Shown: positions 60,894 through 64,000 of the stretch, piece after piece
Layout: every line of letters begins with the position of its first letter
How positions within the stretch are numbered: the stretch's first letter is position 1
Assembly (NCBI GenBank): GCA_016618085.1
Contig: JABLTG010000026.1
Span: 62,001-126,000 of the forward strand
Direction of reading: 5' to 3'
DNA length: 64,000 nucleotides
Origin: Neovahlkampfia damariscottae
Taxonomy: Eukaryota
Position numbers and translations under genes: made by a program
Notes under the pieces: generated by a model
Told to the model about the DNA's origin: nothing
Databases searched by the model: none
Seen by the model: the letters and a program-made list of their open reading frames with translations, nothing else

Positions 60894-61733
60894 ATGAACA
60901 AAACTCTTGACATTATGGAACAAGTGAATTACTTTTTCTTTGAAGCTTACAAAGTGCACGGAAATGATCCTAATATGTTACTCAATAGACCTGATGTTCA
61001 ACATATCATGCCTTGGACTGCTGTAGTTTTATATTTAATCATGTTAGTGGTTGTACCTAAATTTATCAAAAAACCAATTCCAGGAATTAAGTTAATTATG
61101 GCTGTTTGGAACTTTTTTTTAGCTGTTCTTTCTGTCATGATGTTTATTGGACTTTTTGTGCCATGGTTTAAAACTTTATTGGAATATGGAGGTTACAATA
61201 CAGTTTGTAGTCAAGGAGGAGTAAATTTTGTTGACACACCACTTTCAATGTGCTTTTGGGGTTATGTTTTTGTCATTTCAAAATATATTGAACTTTTAGA
61301 CACATTTTGGATGATGTGCAATAACAAACCAGTTGAACTTTTACATTGGTGGCATCACGTTAGTGTTTTACTTTTTACATGGTACGCTTCAATGTGGCAA
61401 ACATCACTTGGTTGGATTTTCAGTTCAATGAATTCTTTGATTCACTCTTTCATGTATACTTATTATTTTTTGATGTCAATTGGTTATAAACCATCATGGG
61501 CTAAATTACTCACAATTGGTCAAATTACACAAATGATTATTGGAACAGCTGTAAATGCTTATTTTTTTTATAACTACTACCACGGAATTCCATGTGAATG
61601 TACACGCCCAGATTTAATGATGGTTGCTTGTTCCATTATATATGGTTCATACTTAATTTTATTCCTCAGATTTTATTTCAAAAGATATGTTTTTGTGAAA
61701 CCAAAAAAAACGGAAAAAAAAAAAGAAGAATAA
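60894..61733 (+). CDS. Fatty acid elongase (ELO/GNS1/SUR4)
   Basis: SKYIELLDT, LHWWHH, NSLIHSFMYTYY, TIGQITQM; lysine-rich tail. Confidence 0.95.
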   Translation: MNKTLDIMEQVNYFFFEAYKVHGNDPNMLLNRPDVQHIMPWTAVVLYLIMLVVVPKFIKKPIPGIKLIMAVWNFFLAVLSVMMFIGLFVPWFKTLLEYGGYNTVCSQGGVNFVDTPLSMCFWGYVFVISKYIELLDTFWMMCNNKPVELLHWWHHVSVLLFTWYASMWQTSLGWIFSSMNSLIHSFMYTYYFLMSIGYKPSWAKLLTIGQITQMIIGTAVNAYFFYNYYHGIPCECTRPDLMMVACSIIYGSYLILFLRFYFKRYVFVKPKKTEKKKEE

Positions 61734-61750
61734 AAAAATATTTTGAGATT

Positions 61751-62700
61751 TTAATGAATTACACGTCCATATGGATCTTTTATCAAACCTTCTGTTATTA
61801 CATACAAATAACTTGCAATTAGTCCTAAAAATACAAATCCCATGACAAACATTGAAACACATAAAATTACTATCAGAGCAATCAACGTTTCTCGGTCAAA
61901 ATTAATAAAACCAAATGGTGTTTGAATTGATATAGTTGGATCATGTATCATATCTCCAGTGAATTTATCATAAACTACAATGACAGTTGAAGTTTGTTCT
62001 GAAGAAAATGTAGTTACATTTGTACCTGCGACTGTAATTGGTACAATTTCAAACAAACCATATGGACCAAAACCAACACCATTTTTCTTTTTTACATATG
62101 TTGTTTTTGGTATTGCTGTCGTTGAGTTATTTTCTACTGTCAGTCTAAAAACATTAATTTTTGTTTAAAGTTTACTTGTATCCTAAGACAAGATAGTTTC
62201 CGTTCTTCTTCCAACTTGAATCATAATTTGTAACTACAGTATCAAATTTCAGTTGCTTTTTTTCTGAGTTAAATTTAACCACAAACGTCAATGAAGCATC
62301 TGAGTTCATTATTGAAGCAGTAAGATTGAATGACAGAGTTCCATTGAATACAATAGGTGTAGTAAATGACCAACTTAAAACTTAAAAATATCCAATGCTT
62401 ACGTTAAGGAAGGTAAAGCTACAACAGTTCCACCAACTTTGAAATTATAGTCTTCTACAGTTTTAGTTTGATACATCAAGCTAAAGCTAGCATCATACCA
62501 TACACCATCATTATGAGATATACTTTGAAATGAGTTAGTACTTTTTTTTTTCCTCACCGAAATGAAGGTACACCTATGACAGTTACTTCTATTGTTGTTC
62601 CATTGTATGCAGAACGATAACCATTTAATATTTTAACGTATTCAAACTCTGAGCGTACAACTAAGAAAAGTATGAGTAGAGTTATAACCTTCAACAACAT
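61751..62700 (-). CDS. Type I membrane protein, unknown function
   Basis: Signal peptide, beta-rich ectodomain ending YDKF..HDP, one TM; introns 62523-62557 (TACTAAC branch point), 62374-62402, 62145-62175. Confidence 0.7.
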
Positions 62701-62892
62701 TACACTACAATAGAATCAGTTGACCAATCGGATATGTTTTTACTTGAAGAAGTGACATGAGATTTTTTTTTTTCCAAACAAGAGCCTTTCGATGGATTTT
62801 TTTGATAAATAAATTTGAAACTGTTGTGTAGAATTTTTTTTTGTCAAAAATTTAATTTTTTATTTTTTTTTTTATTTTAAAATATAAGCAGC

Positions 62893-63401
62893 TTATTCTT
62901 GTCCATTACTTTCATCTTGTGAAGTATTTGTCATTGAAGCAACGAATTTTTTATATTCAAATAAATCTGATTCAGAACAATTGATTTCTCTTAACATTTC
63001 TTTCCATTCGTTGTCGTTAAGTGGATTTCCCCATGACATTAAATTTTTTTTCAATTCTGATGCTGGGATATATCCTTTTCCTTCAGGGTCGAAACTTTGA
63101 AATGCTTGAAGTAAATGTTCACTTCTTGATGTATTTCTGAGTTTGGAAGCTAAAACTGCAAGAAATTCATTGAAAGGAATATATCCAGTAGCAGTAGGAT
63201 CACATTCTTCCATCATTTCTCTAATTTGATTTGATGTTGGTCTGAGACCTACTTCTTTCATTACAGTTTCTAAATCTAATTTTGAGATTTTTCCATCTTC
63301 ATCTTTATCGAAAAATTTGAATAAATCTTTAAATTCTTTGATTTGTTGTTGTGAAAGAGCTTCCTAATATTGTCAGTTTTTAGATTAAAGGTGTTTACCA
63401 T
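62893..63401 (-). CDS. Calmodulin-like protein
   Basis: ATG followed directly by intron 63364-63398, then EALSQQQIKEFKDLFKFFDKDEDGKI; four EF-hand-like lobes, partly degenerate. Confidence 0.85.
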
Positions 63402-63604
63402 TTCGTAGTGATTTTTGTGTTAATTGACGTTATGGTCTGTGATTGGGCAATTCCTTCCTTAAGTATTTTCATTGGACAAGGAAAGAATTTTTTTTCAACG
63501 ACAAAACTAAATATTTTCATACTAGGAACAATTTTATCAGTTTTAAAAAATATTATTTTTTTACACCAATAATATTCACGTAATATTTTTCCACAAAACG
63601 GACC

Positions 63605-64000
63605 ATGGGTGTTAAAGGATTAACCTCATTCATCAGAACCAAATATCATTCTTCTATTAAATTCATAAACATTCAAGAAAAAATTCCTGAACAATCAACC
63701 ATAATCATTGATGGATATTCACTACTGTATTATTTATATCAACAATCAAATTTAGATTGGTTTAACGGTGGAGAATATGATGAATTTTCAAAATATGTTT
63801 TGAATTTTTTACATTTTTTTGACAAATTCAAATTGCTAATCATTTTTGATGGATGTCAAGAAGAGAGTAAAAGAAAAATGAAAATTAAGAGATCATCAAA
63901 ATATTCTCAATGGACAAAAATATTATTCAAATCGAAATTGAATCAAAAAATTGATGATAGAGATCATTTTAATCATGAAAGAATTTTTTTTTTACCTGTT
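63605..64000 (+). CDS. Asteroid/XPG-N PIN-like nuclease (5' part; runs off window)
   Basis: MGVKGLTSFI, IIIDG, GGEYDEF, IFDG. Confidence 0.8.
   Translation, partial: MGVKGLTSFIRTKYHSSIKFINIQEKIPEQSTIIIDGYSLLYYLYQQSNLDWFNGGEYDEFSKYVLNFLHFFDKFKLLIIFDGCQEESKRKMKIKRSSKYSQWTKILFKSKLNQKIDDRDHFNHERIFFLPV

Overview
Very AT-rich, gene-dense eukaryotic nuclear DNA using the standard genetic code. It is probably from an amoeboid protist: DUF4116 repeats, GflB-C-like, RGS, DEP and WASH genes fit a heterolobosean-type genome, but this is inference. I resolved about 45 protein-coding genes by hand. Most are split by about 80 tiny GT-AG introns (mostly 26-46 nt, 32 nt most common), so the ORF track fragments or misses many genes, including four spliced microproteins. 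Nearly every start codon has a CCAAT/ATTGG box within about 3-60 nt. Intergenic spacers are minimal: 37 bp between two divergent ATGs and 1 bp between two convergent stops. The most striking signal is in ALG11. A 73-nt intervening sequence (19546-19619) cannot be removed as one canonical intron. It resolves exactly into a 43-nt and a 30-nt intron sharing one G, matching a [D1,2]/[A2,3] nested twin intron (stwintron), which I know only from fungi. There are also several decaying pseudogenes and unusual domain architectures. I recognised no rRNA, tRNA, CRISPR array or mobile element.
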